The notes beneath the pieces are model-generated. The model did no database searches. It saw nothing but the letters and a program-made list of their open reading frames with translations, and was not told the DNA's origin. Below, one piece after another: positions 49,791 to 63,207 of a DNA stretch of 64,000 bases. The stretch comes from Pavona decussata. Taxonomy: Eukaryota. The DNA is taken from the NCBI GenBank assembly GCA_977016875.1, contig CDRNST010000066.1, positions 1,364,001-1,428,000 on the forward strand. The letters run 5' to 3'. How positions within the stretch are numbered: position 1 is the first letter of the stretch; each line of letters begins with the position of its first letter. A program made the position numbers and the translations under genes.

Positions 49791-51559
49791 ATTAGATATA
49801 ACTAGTAGTCAAGACGTTTATCAGTATTACACTAGTATAATTTAATATTTATTTAAAATTTTGTGGCAAATCAGTGAAGACAAAAACTTTCTTTGCTCTT
49901 TAAACAGTAAAGTTAAAAAACTGACATCATTGTAAAGTAACACAAATCTGTCTTATTAAACAAAAAATATAACTTTCAATGTCTTCTGAAATACTATATT
50001 TTTATATCATATTTTGATCAAGAAATTTAAATTGAAAATAAGTTCACTGGGTAAAGCATTTGATAAGAATTAATAAGAAAGATTTGTAACTTTTCAATAT
50101 CAGGCAAATTTCTTCTCAATAGAATAAACTGATCTTAACAATTGAAAACGTAATTTTGAAATCATTGACAATTCATTTTCTTCAGTTTCAAAGTTTTCTA
50201 AATAGGAAAGACTTGGGGACTATTTACAAGATTGGAGAAGGTTTCCATAACGAGGAATAACCCTAGCTGCCTTGTAAATGCTCTTCAGGTAGGGGAAAAC
50301 TCACCTGAGTGTTTAAAAGGCGGTTAGGGTTACCTTTAAGCCTTCTGCCAAGGTAAACCTAGCCCTTGGGTATCTATTGTTTAGTCAACTTTCACTGTCT
50401 TTTTTTTAAACTTAGCCTCAATGCAAGTTATCTTGTTCCTGAGGGCAATCTTTATTGGGCTTTCTGACGTCAAGTCTGCAAATTTCTTACTTGTAAAACC
50501 TGTGAAAAATAAAGAGTAGGATATATATTTACTCCAGAGACTTGGCATTTAGACTTGATGAAGAGCAGCCAACAGCTGTAACATACATGACAAATGTTAA
50601 AATTTACCACTTGATCTGCTAAATGTTTGATAAGTTTGACGTAATATATTACATTCCCAGCTTTTGAAGCTGTCCCTTCCATGACTTTCTGAGTGTACTT
50701 GTAAAATTAATGTTACAACACTGTGCACACTCAAGTGTATATAATTATATTTTTGCAAATTTGATAGGAGAAAATAAAGCTTTGTCAAAATTTTTACTTT
50801 CTACAAAGAATCTGAAATAAATCTTTTCTAGCAGTGCTTTCACTAAGATTTTGAGGCCAGTGCTACATTGCATAGTACCTGTCAGAAAACAACATTTAAA
50901 GCTCCCTTACAAATGGAGCCAGAATGAATTTTAGCTGGTGATTCGGGGTAGGTCATCTTGTCAGGTGGGATCTCCATGAAGCTCTTTGGAACGTCTCACA
51001 GGATTGGCTCAGAAAATGATATACAAACAATAGCAACAATGAACCCTAGCCCTAAAACCACAGAGCTTCACACTTACAAGAACCAATGGAATAAGAGGTT
51101 CCAAAGAGCTTCATGACAACAGTGACAGGTCTTGCCTAAAGCACTGTTTGTAAGCATTGAACAAAAATATATAGGAACCAAATGATGGTAAGTTTGATGA
51201 ATGTCAAACAAAAGATATTTTAAGGAGAGTCAATCTAACTATAATGGAGATGATAGTTAGATTGACACTGCCTCAGTTTCTCTGTTGTCTGTTCAATATA
51301 TATTCGTGTAAAACATTGGCCAATTAACTGTATTGATCAAAAGATGATAAAACAGGTAGCTTCCTAGTGGATAATGATCTGGTTAATCACATTGATCACG
51401 TTCTTTTTTTTAACTAAATTTGTTGCCATGTCATGAAACTTTGCTTTTGTAAATTTTAGGAGATTTTTTTTTATTTTTTCATGCATTCACAAAAATTGTT
51501 TAATTAAGTGCACATGCACACAATTAATTAAAAATGCATTAATCTCTACTTATACATAC

Positions 51560-54500
51560 TCAGTATACTCTCCAAAATGTCTGTATCAACAGATGCTTTT
51601 CTATTTTTGCCACCAAGGCTTTTACCAATGAGCTCCTGCTCGCTATAAAAGCAGCTCAGCAGCAAGCAGGCTGTTGCTGTTGCAGTTTTCTTTGAATGTG
51701 CCTTGGTAAGGTGACTTTCAAACAGGTACACACCCCTTCCTGGTGACAGTTCAATCATCTGCAAGTATAAAAGACGTTCGTTTATCTTCAATTTGGCCCA
51801 TCGATTTTCATATGTACATTTTTGGGATATTCAAACTTGAGGACTGAGTAAAACTTCCCAGAAGGTGTACTAAATAATGAAATCCTACGATTATTTTTGG
51901 TCCAAAATTAACAAAGAACATGAGAGTATGGAGAGAGAAGGTTGCCGTATTCATTGTGCATTTAACCCAATAACTACAATGAACACAAAATAATGTTCAT
52001 GTCAATTATGGCTCCGTCAATTCCAAGCCCGCTCATGCGCCCCCACCCCCTACCCATGGGCATTTTTTCACTTCACCTTCCACACAGTAGGGAATTTGCC
52101 AATGATGGTCAGCCCAGTGGTGGGGTATTGTCAAAAGCAATGCGGTCTTTCGGATTTTAAAAGTAGCATATGCGTCCACCCCAGCATGCATGTTCAAATA
52201 CTTGCACTCTTTCCACATGCAATTAAGATGACGTAAAGAAGAATGTGCACAGTACATGAAAGAGCTGTGGGGCATATGAACGCATAAGCTGGCCACACCA
52301 TGAAGCATTTGCAACATTTTTTAAATCAAAAGGAGGAGGGGGGGGGGGGGTGATGCAAGGCTTGGAATTGACAGAGCTATCACTAAGGAAAACTAACTGA
52401 CCAATCAGTCAAAAGGTTATTTAAATTGCTCAAAATGGCAATAAGAATCTTTGAGAAATGGGTTTGCAAAGAAAATTATATTTTCTTGTATTGTAATTTG
52501 CATGCACTACTCTTACCTGATATCTTTTAGCAGTTTCCTGTGAAATTTTTCCAGCTCTCGGTACTTCACCTGGCAGCCCTACCAGACCTCTGGAATTATT
52601 TAGCTGCTCAGTCAGCAGGGCATTTGCCTCTTTGAGCTCTTTATTTTTAGCAAGCAAGTGGCAACATTGAGTGCATTCTGCAATTTGCTCTCTTCTGGGA
52701 CACTTCTTTGCAGTTGAAGTGCCTGGCAGTACACTTGTTCTAGGATGCTTTATCCCAGTAACTGGTCTCTCCACAGTTTCAGTGGTTCGCAAAGCTTGAA
52801 TTAAGTTGCTGGCTTCAGGTACGTCAATATCATCAGTGGAATAATCAAATCCACTGTCGTCAAGCACTGAAAAAAAGGTCCATGCCACAATCAAAGACTT
52901 TTATTATCTCAAACCTCAAGGCCGCGGTGGATACGTTGACCATGAATATATTCATTAGGCAAAATATTGGCAGGGGTACCACTTTTAAAATCCTAAAATC
53001 ACGAGCAGTTCAAAGCCGATTTCGCCAAAACTTAGCAGACGTATTGGAGAATGATCAAAGTGCACTATGATCGTTTTATAATGTGTAGATGGCGTCTTAG
53101 GGCAATACAGAAAGTAACTTAAATTAAATTTGTTAAAAGTGTGATTTTGTGTCCAGGTTTTCTCCTCCACGAAGACACAGAGAAATTTGATTTTACCACT
53201 GAGTGATCTATTACAACATCTATTGTGTCATATCATAGCCGGATTTTTTAACTTCAAGCTTCTTAAGAAATATTTTCCCTTAAAGGCGCAAAATCTATCA
53301 TGCTAAAATTCGAAGGCTTCAATCTTACCTTCTAAGGCTTATTTTAAAATTCGGCCCATGATATGACAATCTACAATATGCCTAGTTTATCATCTTGCCG
53401 TGTCAACTCGTGAAATTGTCTGTCCGTGCTATATTCTTGGACACAAAAGTGCTTGTTTTTACGCTTCCGAAGGCTTTCCGAGCAAACACGAGGGAGCTGA
53501 TTAATTCAAACCTGGATTATGGTAATTTTGGTAAAATCTTACTGCACGGGCCATAGATAAGTGTACGCAGAAATCAACAATACTTTGAAATTCACTGCAT
53601 TTGAATTGGATTACACAAGCTGAGCCTTTCCGCTCAATTTCCTGCTCCAAACGAGGAGTACCCTTACAAGGACAAACTGAGGCATGATCAATTACCCCTT
53701 GAAGCGATCTTCCAAAGTGGCCAATATTAACTATTCGGTTGCCTTTTAAATTTGGCGCTGGAATTGATTTCTTCTTCTTTGAACTGGACTTGCTAGTTTC
53801 ACTAGTCGATCCTTCACGTTGCGCAAGTAATTTGTCTTGCACTCGTCTCAGCGCCAGTGCTGTGGACGTTTTCTTCGCACCCTGTTTACGCAGTCTACCA
53901 CTCTTTCGATATTGCCTCCCTCTCGCCGACCTCACCATTTTCGAACGAAAGACACGTGCATGAATATTGCTGGATTTACATTTCGTCGCAAATTTCTCTG
54001 GTTCGCATAATTGATACATTTTTATCGTGTCCTGTCATGATGTACACAATCTCCCGAAGCGGACAGAGAGGAGAAGAAATTAATTTTTTTGAAACTCTAA
54101 CATGTTTATTTTTTGTCACCGTACAGCTTACATTTTGAATCAGTATATCTATATAGTTGTTTTTTAGCCTTTAAGGTTTGCTGTTGTTTATAAAAACCAA
54201 ATGCAGACTTCTGACAAAGAAACTTGCTGCGCTCAAACGGCCTATTTTAGTAATGCACAAAAAGTTCGTGCTACGCGAAATAAATCACGTGCGATTATTG
54301 AGGCAGAACAGAATATTTTTAGAGACATTTTCATGAATATTTCGCTTTTTGTCGGTTTTAGTCGTTTGACTTCGTGCATATTATTTAAATAAATACATTC
54401 TGATAAGAATCCTGTCCACCGCGGCCTTAATTAGACAATAATACCTGTCTTCAAAATTCTTATGCATGTCATTACTGCAAAATAATATAACACTGCCCCA

Positions 54501-56432
54501 TGTCATGCCATCATGTGATCATAGGAAAAAAGCCTCATTTATTAAAAAGAATTAATAAAATATATAGATAACAATTTTAAATAAAAACTATAAAATGTAA
54601 TTTTTGGCACAAAACTCACCAATCCTTTATGAATACATGTATACGCATCATTACATTTTTGTCTTATAATGCTTTTCAACAGCATTAAAAGTAGTAGCTA
54701 CTTACCAGAAATGTTCTCATAATCATCATCATAATTTTCTTCATCTCCAGAAGAAAGCATGTCCTCCTCAGGCAAACTCTTTTTTGCCTTTTGTCTTTGT
54801 CGCTCTTTTTGTGTTTCCATTTCTTGCTCCGTTCTGTCAAGATCCTGCTTCTTTCTTAAAAGCTTTTTCTCTTTTTCCTCCACTTCTCTGTCACGTTCAC
54901 TCACAGCAATTACAGACTGGTTCAGTTCCGAAAGCTGGCCAAGGATGTTCATGTCTCTCTCATCTAAGGCCTTCTTTTTTTGCAGCTTTTCTTTCTTTTT
55001 TTCCTCCTTTTCTTTTTCAGCCTCCATTTTCTCTTGTGGGCTTTTTGCCTTAGGGGAAACACCAGCTGGACTCTTCTTGGCTTTCTTTTTTCCTGCAGTG
55101 GATTTGTTTTCTTTTTTACCCGAGCCACTTCTTCTCTTCCCCATGGCATCCATTGCAGTTTTTGTTTTAGTCAACTGCTCTTTATCATCTGTTAAGAATA
55201 AAAAACAGGAGGAAGGATAACCCTGTCCCTCAGATAAATCAATACAGTAGAACCTCTATTTATTTCAGTGTCTCTAACCCGCAGTATTCGATACCTCTAT
55301 TAAACGGTTAACCTCTATTAAGCAGCCAGTTTTCAAAGTCCCGAGGGTGGCTGCCTAATAGAGGTCCGACTGTTTATTCAAATAAATCAATATTTAGAGC
55401 AGTAAATCAATATCCAGTAGACAGAGCAGATTTTTTATGTTTTTAAATGCTATATTCACTTGATAGCAATTTATCCAATAGCCAGAATTATAAGCCTTTG
55501 AACTACTGAGCCTGGATCAATAATAATAATAATAATATTAATAACTCCATTTGATGTATTCTTTTACTTGGTCGAACTAAGTCACAAGAAATCAAAGCTA
55601 ATTATTGAGGTCTTGACTTCAGAAAGACTACTTACATGTACAATGCATGATTCTTTTTTAAATATATATAAATGCCAAATTCTTTTAGTTAATTTAGCTT
55701 CAATTTAGTTGCCTTTGTGTAGTCGTATGTCTCACCAGTCATCTGTAAATGCATGCAGTAATTAAAATTAAGCTTATGTTTTCTTTGTGACTTTTTAGAT
55801 CAGCTGCACTCACCACTTTCACTGAGCACCACACACGGGTAATATTTCTTGTCCTGATACATGGCTATAGTATTATTGTCATCCCTTTTAAGTCCCGTTT
55901 CGTCCACAATGAACTTGATGTTGTCTTCGATAAATTGAACCAGAAAGTATCCTGAAAGAGGGAACAATTTTGTAACTCGCCTCCAAAATACACAAAATAA
56001 CAGTTAACATAAAAATATGGCTCGCGTCCTGGCAGCTAGCCCCCTTGACTTCTTCATGAAAGAGTTAATTGGGTTTTCCTATATATTAGTCTCACAAGAA
56101 CTACAGGTCAAGTTCATATATTAAAAAATGCATTTAAACAAAAGGCTTAAATATACCAACAGAAAAGCCAATATTCAGAAGAAGAAGAAGAAGAAGAGGA
56201 AGATAATTTTATTTTACTAGGGCGACTCTTACTGTTTCAATTAATCAGGCGGACTTAAAACTTGTCTACGATATATTCCGAGTACGATCTAGCCATGTTC
56301 GCGTGCAACCATGCATGCATTGTGCAATATATTTCAGGCAACCTTTGGCATTTTAACTTATAACAACTTACTTTTCTCTGCATATCTGCATGAGGGGGTT
56401 GTCTTCCTTTTGTCTTTCTTTGCGGTGCTCAT
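51560..56432 (-). CDS. BEN-domain protein of the CACTA element; exons 56432-56372, 55951-55814, 55188-54706, 52866-52517, 51758-51560 (last exon not securely located)
   Basis: All four junctions are GT-AG, in phase (1,1,1,0), and I saw no stops. The protein has an N-terminal YFLVQF...YYPCVVL domain, a K/E-rich coiled coil and a CxxC + coiled coil. The C-terminus GVYL...TATACLLLSCFYSEQELIGKSLGGKNRKASVDTDILESIL resembles BEN. Confidence 0.75.
52008..52380. mobile_element. MITE in a BEN-gene intron
   Basis: TIR gctccgtcaattccaagcc / ggcttggaattgacagagc. Confidence 0.75.
52920..54426 (-). mobile_element. Kolobok-like element (deletion derivative) in a BEN-gene intron
   Basis: TIR ggccgcggtgga / tccaccgcggcc with TSD tcaa/ttaa. 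ORF 53501..54019 (GNRIVNI...H..VCPC.G...EIERKG.A..I.F.C) resembles the N-terminus of Kolobok-Hydra-type transposases. Confidence 0.75.
55245..55372. mobile_element. pogo/Tc1-type MITE in a BEN-gene intron
   Basis: Ends are TA|cagtagaacctctatt ... aatagaggtccgactg. Confidence 0.7.
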
Positions 56433-56863
56433 TGTTTCCTATTGAAATGAATTCAGGAGAGAAAAGGCAATGTAGCGGATCAAAGGACTTCAACAAAGGA
56501 CTCCTTTGACTTCAACAGAGTTCGTTTCAATTTGACCGCCAAAACTAAGCTCCAAATAAGGAGAAAAAAATATCCCGTATACACCGGACCACCACATCAC
56601 ATTAGCATTTAATTGTCAGCGGTAAAGCAACAAGTAATGTGCGCACTCGCGCACTCGGTCACTTGATTCTTGTTGTCAGCGGTTGTCAGCGCGCAAAATA
56701 GGATGAAAAATGGCGGATAACACTTCAGGGAAAGATCAGGGTAAATGAGGTAAACGTGGACCCTACAACCAGTATCTCTCTCAGCCAGAACTAAAGATTC
56801 CTTGAAACACCTTGAGAAGATGGCCCAAGATATTGCAGGAGTCTGAAGTCTTGACATCCAACA
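56433..56863. promoter_or_regulatory. Putative bidirectional promoter between the BEN gene and the transposase
   Basis: A spacer of ~430 bp, relatively CpG-rich, lies between the two divergent inferred start codons. Confidence 0.4.
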
Positions 56864-59800
56864 ATGAAGAGACCATGCCATCCACGGGCGGGAGCTTTTC
56901 AATTTATACAAGTGAACCATCGCAGAGTTCTTTGAGCCAGACGGACGTGCCTTCCCAAACGGATTGGAGTGAGACTTCTTCGATAACTGCGAGGAAAATT
57001 ATTTCAAGCACAGCGAATTGTCTAATGACAGCGACTCAAGCAACCCTTTTGATGTTCCCGCAGATCCTAAACTTTCAAGATCAGAACAAGACAGAATACA
57101 TGCAGAAGAAGAAGAAGGTGTCGAAGATTACCTTTTAGCTTTCGATTCTGCGGAACAAACAGAGGACGAAAACACTTATAGAAAAGATGAGGCTTCAGAA
57201 GATCTTCCTTTGTATAACGGAGCACCCATCACTGTAGCTGTTAGCATGTTGTTAATCGTTACATACGCCGTTCGACACTGCCTAACTGGACTCGCTATTG
57301 TTGATTTGCTGACGCTTGTGAGTCTACACTGTGCAATTCCAAATCAGTGCGCATCTTCAATGAAGCTGTTAAAGAAATTTTTCATGAAATTGAAAAATCC
57401 TATCCAGTTTCACTACTACTGCACTTTTTGCATGGAGTATCAAGGATTGGCTATAGCAGATAACAAACTTTGTAAAAACAAGAGCTGCTTGAAGGACCTA
57501 ACCAAGAAAGACATGTCCTCATACTTCATCATCATTCCACTTATTTGCCAGCTCAGGGACCTTATTCAAAGTAAGTGACCTAATGATTACACAGGTTGTT
57601 TTGAAAGGGACACTATCATGGGGATTTTTCTGCATTTACGTAGTCAATGGAAAATAACCTACTGTAGGTTAAAATTAAATTTACCTTGTTGAAAAAAATT
57701 GTCTTGTTAGAAATTAAAAATTAAGTGAAATAAAAAAAAATTAACTGCAACATTTGCATTGTATATTTATACAAAAAAGCTGGCTATGGTGTATTGTGTT
57801 GTTCCAGAATATATCCAGACTCCCCCAGCAGAAGAAATTGGAAATTCCTTAGGGGGGGGGGGGGGGGTCCTCAAAGACCAAAAAATTTTAAAGAAATGTA
57901 TGGAGTTTAATTGGAATTTCCAGAGGGGTGGAGGTTCTTATAAAATATCCCTTCTGTGGGGGAGGTATGGATAAATGGAACTACATATTAAAATTTCAGT
58001 GTTTTAATTGGTTTAGACGCAATGGCAAACGTGGTAGGTGCATGTGTCTTTATCCCAATGTTTGTAGCCACTTTTGAGGTGTTTCTTAGGGTGTTTTTAA
58101 TCAAACCATTATTACACTCACATGCATTAGAAACTCTGTGCTATGTACCTGGATGTCTATCTTCTCAGTATCCAATGCGCACACATGGAATAATTGTTAA
58201 TTGGATTTTTTTTTTTTACTTTTTCAGAGACTGGAATTCTTGATCTTCTTAAATATCCAGTTAGTAGAAGCAAGATCAATCCAGATGCCATTGAAGATAT
58301 TCAGGATGGGTTATTGTACAAAAAGCATTTTGGAAGTGATGGCTTTTTTAAAGGTGTCTCAGATGAAAAAAGGAAAGCTGAAATCCATATAAGTTTTCAA
58401 CTTTTTACTGATGGTGTAGCCCTGTTTAGGTCTTCAAAATACAGTATTTGGCCTGTATATTTGGTTGTAAATGAGCTTCCACCAAACTGCAGGTATGCAA
58501 TGCATTCTCCTAAAACCTATATGTTAGGGAATCCATCATCATCATCATCATCACCTTCATCAGTGGCATCACCATCATTTAATGAACTTGGGAAAAAGCA
58601 TAAACTACAAATCAGTCCTTAGAACAGCAGATATGAACATGCTGGATATAGACGTATAGAACAGTCACTAATAATATTTTATAAATGCTACAAGGAGAAC
58701 GGCCCAAGTTATTTGGCCAACCTATTTAAACCACGAATCACTCCTTTAACAACCTTAGAAATAGTGGACTTAACGTCATTCAAAATTAATATAATAGCAG
58801 ATTTCGTCATAACTCTTATTCATTTGTCATCTCTCGGATCTGGAACAAACCGCCGCCTACTGTTAAAGCGGCCCCAAACTCATCATATCATCATCATCAT
58901 TTGTAAGGTTGATGAAAAGATATAAAAGTATGGTTTGTGAACATCTCTGATTTTGCACCCACAATCATAATATCAAATGGTCAATCTGCTGACTAGGAGT
59001 TGTACACTGTATGTCCCTGCTGGGGGGGAGTTGGCTGAAATCCAAAATGTGAAAAAGTTGAAAAGAATGAGGAACTAAATTATTTATTTTATTTCACTTG
59101 GTGTTGCATCATTTGCCCTCTTCTTGACAGTTGCATTGTTTGTGTTATTTTACTAGATTTGCAAGATCCAACTGCATTTTCCTTGGACTGTGGTTTGGAT
59201 ACAGCAAGCCAGATTTCCTGACATTTTTGCAGCCATTCAGCAAAGAATTCTAAGACATTTACTCCGAAGGTGTTTTTTTTTATGCATGGAAATTCCATTA
59301 TGATATGCTTTTTTCTTGCCATTTTCTGGGTATCTGTAATATTATTTTAATCTCCTTAATGTTACGATGAGATTGTTTTTTGTGTTTTGTACTGAAGTGA
59401 ATCTGTTAGTGTGTATATCCATTTTTACATTTTTGTGCACAATACAACTTTCCCACATACCTTGCAAAATTTTAATCTATTACAAGCACTATAAGTAGTG
59501 TGTTGGTTGAATGTGCCCAAATGAATTTAAAGAAAATCAAAAGTTGATTCCTAATCTACAGAAGTTGTTTAAGTGGTATAACCTGATTTCTTTTCAATTC
59601 TTTTTAACTGCGCAGGGGGCCAAAAGCCACCCGGGCAGTTCATGCTTTTTTTTTTTGCTTTGAGTAAGACTGAGCAAGCGTCGTGACTTCATGTTTAGTT
59701 TTAAGCTCAATGAGCTTCTTATTATTGTTATTTCTTATGAATGATAATTCCAAAAGGTAATGACGGAAATGGCATCAAAGTGAGAGGAATTTTGTTGAGT

Positions 59801-61326
59801 GCCACAGCTGATGCTCCTGCAAAGTGTTTGTTGCAAAACTTTGTACAGTATAATGGTTTTGGTGGGTGCCCCTATTGCTTGGAGGGAGGACAAACTGTGA
59901 AGACAAGTGTTCAAGGCCACACACGTACATACCCCTTCAACAGAGACAACCCAGTACTGGGCTACGGAACAGATCGTACACACGAAAACACGCTGCAGCA
60001 TGCTTATGATGCCCACAAGTCAAAACTAGAGGGAAAGTATTCCCCAGTTTGTGGTGTGAAAGGATATTCGTGGTTTATGTTCGTCCCTGGGTTTGACATA
60101 ATAAAAGGTATTGGAATTGACTACATGCACTGTGTTCTTTTGGGTGTGACAAAGATGCTCATGACTTTGTGGTTTGACAAAGCACATGCAACAGAGGACT
60201 GGAATGTTAGGAAAAGACTAGATGAAGTTGATAGGCGCTTACTGAATATTACACCTCCCAACTGTATTTCTAGAGCACCAAGAAGCATACAAAGGATTTT
60301 GGTCATTGGAAAGCATCAGAATTTCGCTCATTTTTATTTTTTTACGGTATCCCATGTTTATGGAATATTTTGCCTAATGAATACTTCCAGCATTTTATTC
60401 TGCTGGTTGAAGCAATCTGGCTATTAGACCAGATTTCAGTCTCAACTGAGTCTTTAAGTAAAGCGGGCAAATTATTGCGACACTTTTGTTTACGAATTGA
60501 GGCATTGTATGGAGCCCGCTATGAGACATATAATGTTCACTGTCTTCTACATCTTCACGACTGTGTAAAGAACATTGGTCCTTTATGGTCCTGCTCTTGC
60601 TTTTGGTACGAGGACTACAATGGTTACTTACGAACATTATTTCATGGTACAAACAAAGTAGAACTGCAGGTTGCATTTTCTGTTTGTGTTCAACAAAAGA
60701 TTCTGGAACTTGTACCTCTCCTGCAAAATGGTTCGGCCAGCAAGAAATTTTATGATCACATGACCGATGGACGATATTCTCTAAAGTGCAACCATGAAGA
60801 AATAGCTACTAATTTTTTTGCACTTGGAGTTTTGTCCCCAGCATCATTAAGTGCAGTTTTAGCTCATTATGTTGAAGAGGAACTACATGGGGAGATATCG
60901 GAAGCATTTGCATTTAAGCGAATCAAAATAAACAGAGATGTCATTCACAGCAAAAGCTATTTGAACATAAGACGAAGAAACAGTTACACAGTTGAAGTGA
61001 ATGACATTGGGTTTGTTGAAGTTAAGTTATATGTAAAGGTTTTTGTTCATTGTAGAAATGCTTTATTTTGTACAGATTCGTGCAGCTGCAAAGCTCCACA
61101 CTATTTCGGAATTGCTGACAGTTGTCTACTGCCAGCAACTGACATCACATTATCCTGTGACAGTTTCACCAACTGTAAACCACAGCATATTATTCCTGTT
61201 AGGAGAGAGAAATGTAATGTAATTTTCCCCGTCACAAGCATAAAAGCTCTGTGCATGTTAGTTGACTGTAAAAGCAACTTGTCCATGTTTGTTTGTAAAC
61301 TGCTTAATAGATACGAGAAGGACTGA
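56864..61326 (+). pseudogene. EnSpm/CACTA transposase; exons ~56864-57570, 58228-58492, 59157-59269, ~59741-61326
   Basis: Motifs: HYYCTFC...C...C, TDGVALFRSSKYSIWPVYLVVNELPP, FLGLWFGYSKP, TADAPAK...QYNGFGGCPYC, IDYMHCVLLGV, WKASEFR and YNVHCLLHL...GPLW..SCFWYEDYNG. The first two junctions are in phase. Lesions are a stop at 59251-59253, a frameshift near 60293 and no clear acceptor for the last exon. Confidence 0.9.
57793..57985. mobile_element. MITE in a transposase intron; a related copy starts at ~63895 and runs off the window
   Basis: Ends are gttccagaatatatccagactcc / ggaggtatggataaatggaac. 63895 starts tgggcaattccagaaaatatccata. Confidence 0.65.
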
Positions 61327-61974
61327 TTTTAAACAGTCATTGTGTTAGCTGCAATGAGAAATGATATATTAGGTAGCGGTTTTCAATTATATAACCATGT
61401 TAAAACAAATATTCAAACCTTCATTTCATGTAATTTGGGCAATTACAAAGAATGAACCAATCAAAAAGTGTGGACAGGGGTGGGTGAAGGCTGTTTTGAT
61501 TCTATTGCTGACTGGTTCTAGAAAAATGGAAGAAGTGTTGCTTAAATGGTGAGATGATATACATAAACCTGGGCAGTTTTTTCATTTCTTTTATGGTTCT
61601 TTTAAATAATGGATTACCCAGGAAGCACTTGATTTGGAAACAGTCCATATGCATGTATGCAATTTCTGATTAATTTATATTACCAGTATTTTTTATATAA
61701 GAAATTTATGTTTTTAAGCAATGTAAAAGCATTAACCTTAAGCTTATAAAATAAGATGCATTTTTAATTTGTTCAATTTAATAAGTATCTGGTGGAATGT
61801 TTATACTGACCTTATTAGCAGAAAATATGTAGTTTATATTGTTTCTGTAATAAAAGGTTTACATTTGAGATTTGAATGGCTGTATAGACACCTCGATTTG
61901 AACATAAATTATAGTTACAAGTAATGTTTTAAGGTTAAGTTTGGTGAATCACAATTAATTAGGTGCTTATGAAA

Positions 61975-62220
61975 AAAGTATACTTTAAGTACACTTTTGT
62001 GGTAAATAGCAGCTTCCTGAAATTATCCAATTTTCCCAAAGTATACTTTGAGTATACTTTTGTAACTGAAGTATAAATAAAGTATCTTTTCCACAAATTG
62101 GTTAAATGTACTTCGTTTGTACTTTTTATAATGAAGTATAAGTGAAGTATACTTCAAATGAACTTTTTTTTCAAAGAGTATAAAATAAGTATACTTGAAG
62201 TATACTTTAAGTATACTGAA
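61975..62220. repeat. Right subterminal array of the palindrome AAGTATACTT
   Basis: Multiple exact and variant copies lie next to the right TIR. Confidence 0.9.
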
Positions 62221-63207
62221 TTTCTACAAGGGACCCTATTTAAGGACTGAGAACCTTAAAAACCATACCCTATCTCGCAGCATGTACCTATATAGCCCGT
62301 ATATAGCAATATCCTCCCTGGGAGTTTAGTAATAATGTCACAAATTTTCAAGTTATTATAAGTAAAGATGTTTGTGATGAGTTACAATGCAACAAAAAAA
62401 TCAAGGCAGTGTGATTTAATGTTTGTGATAGTTATAATGAAAAGAAATATTTTTTCTAAGGTTTTAGAGTGTCACATCTACTTTTACTTACCTTCAGTAG
62501 ACGCATGACACGGCAATGAGCACAGTTTTTGTGATCTAATAAATTATAATTATAGTAGTTAGTACAAATTATATTTAAACTTGCTGCCATATTTATTGAA
62601 AACTGTTATCAAAAGCAGCAAACAAGAAGTTTTTCTACTAAAATATCTTTTAACTAAGAAATATTACTTACAAATTACGATAGCTAGAGAAAAGCTAAAA
62701 ATGTCTCAACTGTTGCATTTACAATCAATTCTATTAATTGCTCAGAGGTTTAACTTTGTCACAAGTCAGAGTTGTAACATAATGTACATTAAATGCTAAC
62801 ATAATAATTGTAATCAGTTGTTATTTGGCTAGATTAATGGATTCCACTGTTATGTTATACTCCTTTTCAATTGACAATCCCTTGTGTTTTAAGACTTAAT
62901 TATCAGCAAAATTCAAACAAATCAGCTATCATGAAGAGCAATTAATGTGTGGAACCTATTATATCACCTAACATAATTATTACAAAAGCAACCACTTCAT
63001 ACAAGAAAGTGTATTTCCTCTGTTATGTTTTGCTGAATCATACTAATTATTCCTTTCAAACAGTTTATTTTACTTGAACTAATCACAACATGCATAAGGC
63101 ATGTTCTGCATGAGCAATTGAGATCAGCTTAATCAGTTAAGAAACACATTTTTTTAAATTTATACTCACACTTGTGCTCAATATATTCCATTTTTAAACG
63201 TCTTAAT

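Larger units (their letters stand above)
49190..62232 (+). mobile_element. EnSpm/CACTA (CMC) DNA transposon, ~13 kb, both ends present
   Basis: TIR CCCTTGTAGAA...TTCTACAAGGG with a 2-bp TSD AC (49188-49189, 62233-62234). AAGTATACTT arrays lie at both ends, and an EnSpm transposase lies inside. Confidence 0.92.
48848..62322. mobile_element. MITE with an 8-bp TSD, split into 48848-49189 and 62233-62322 by the CACTA insertion
   Basis: The TSD agtttagt is at 48840-48847 and 62323-62330. Ends are cacgggag / ctccctggg. The rejoined interior gatac|cctatttaaggac matches its internal gataccct repeats. Confidence 0.8.

Noticed and set aside
54759-55220. Phe/Ser-rich plus-strand ORFs
   Set aside because: They are antisense shadows of the Lys/Glu-rich BEN-gene exon.
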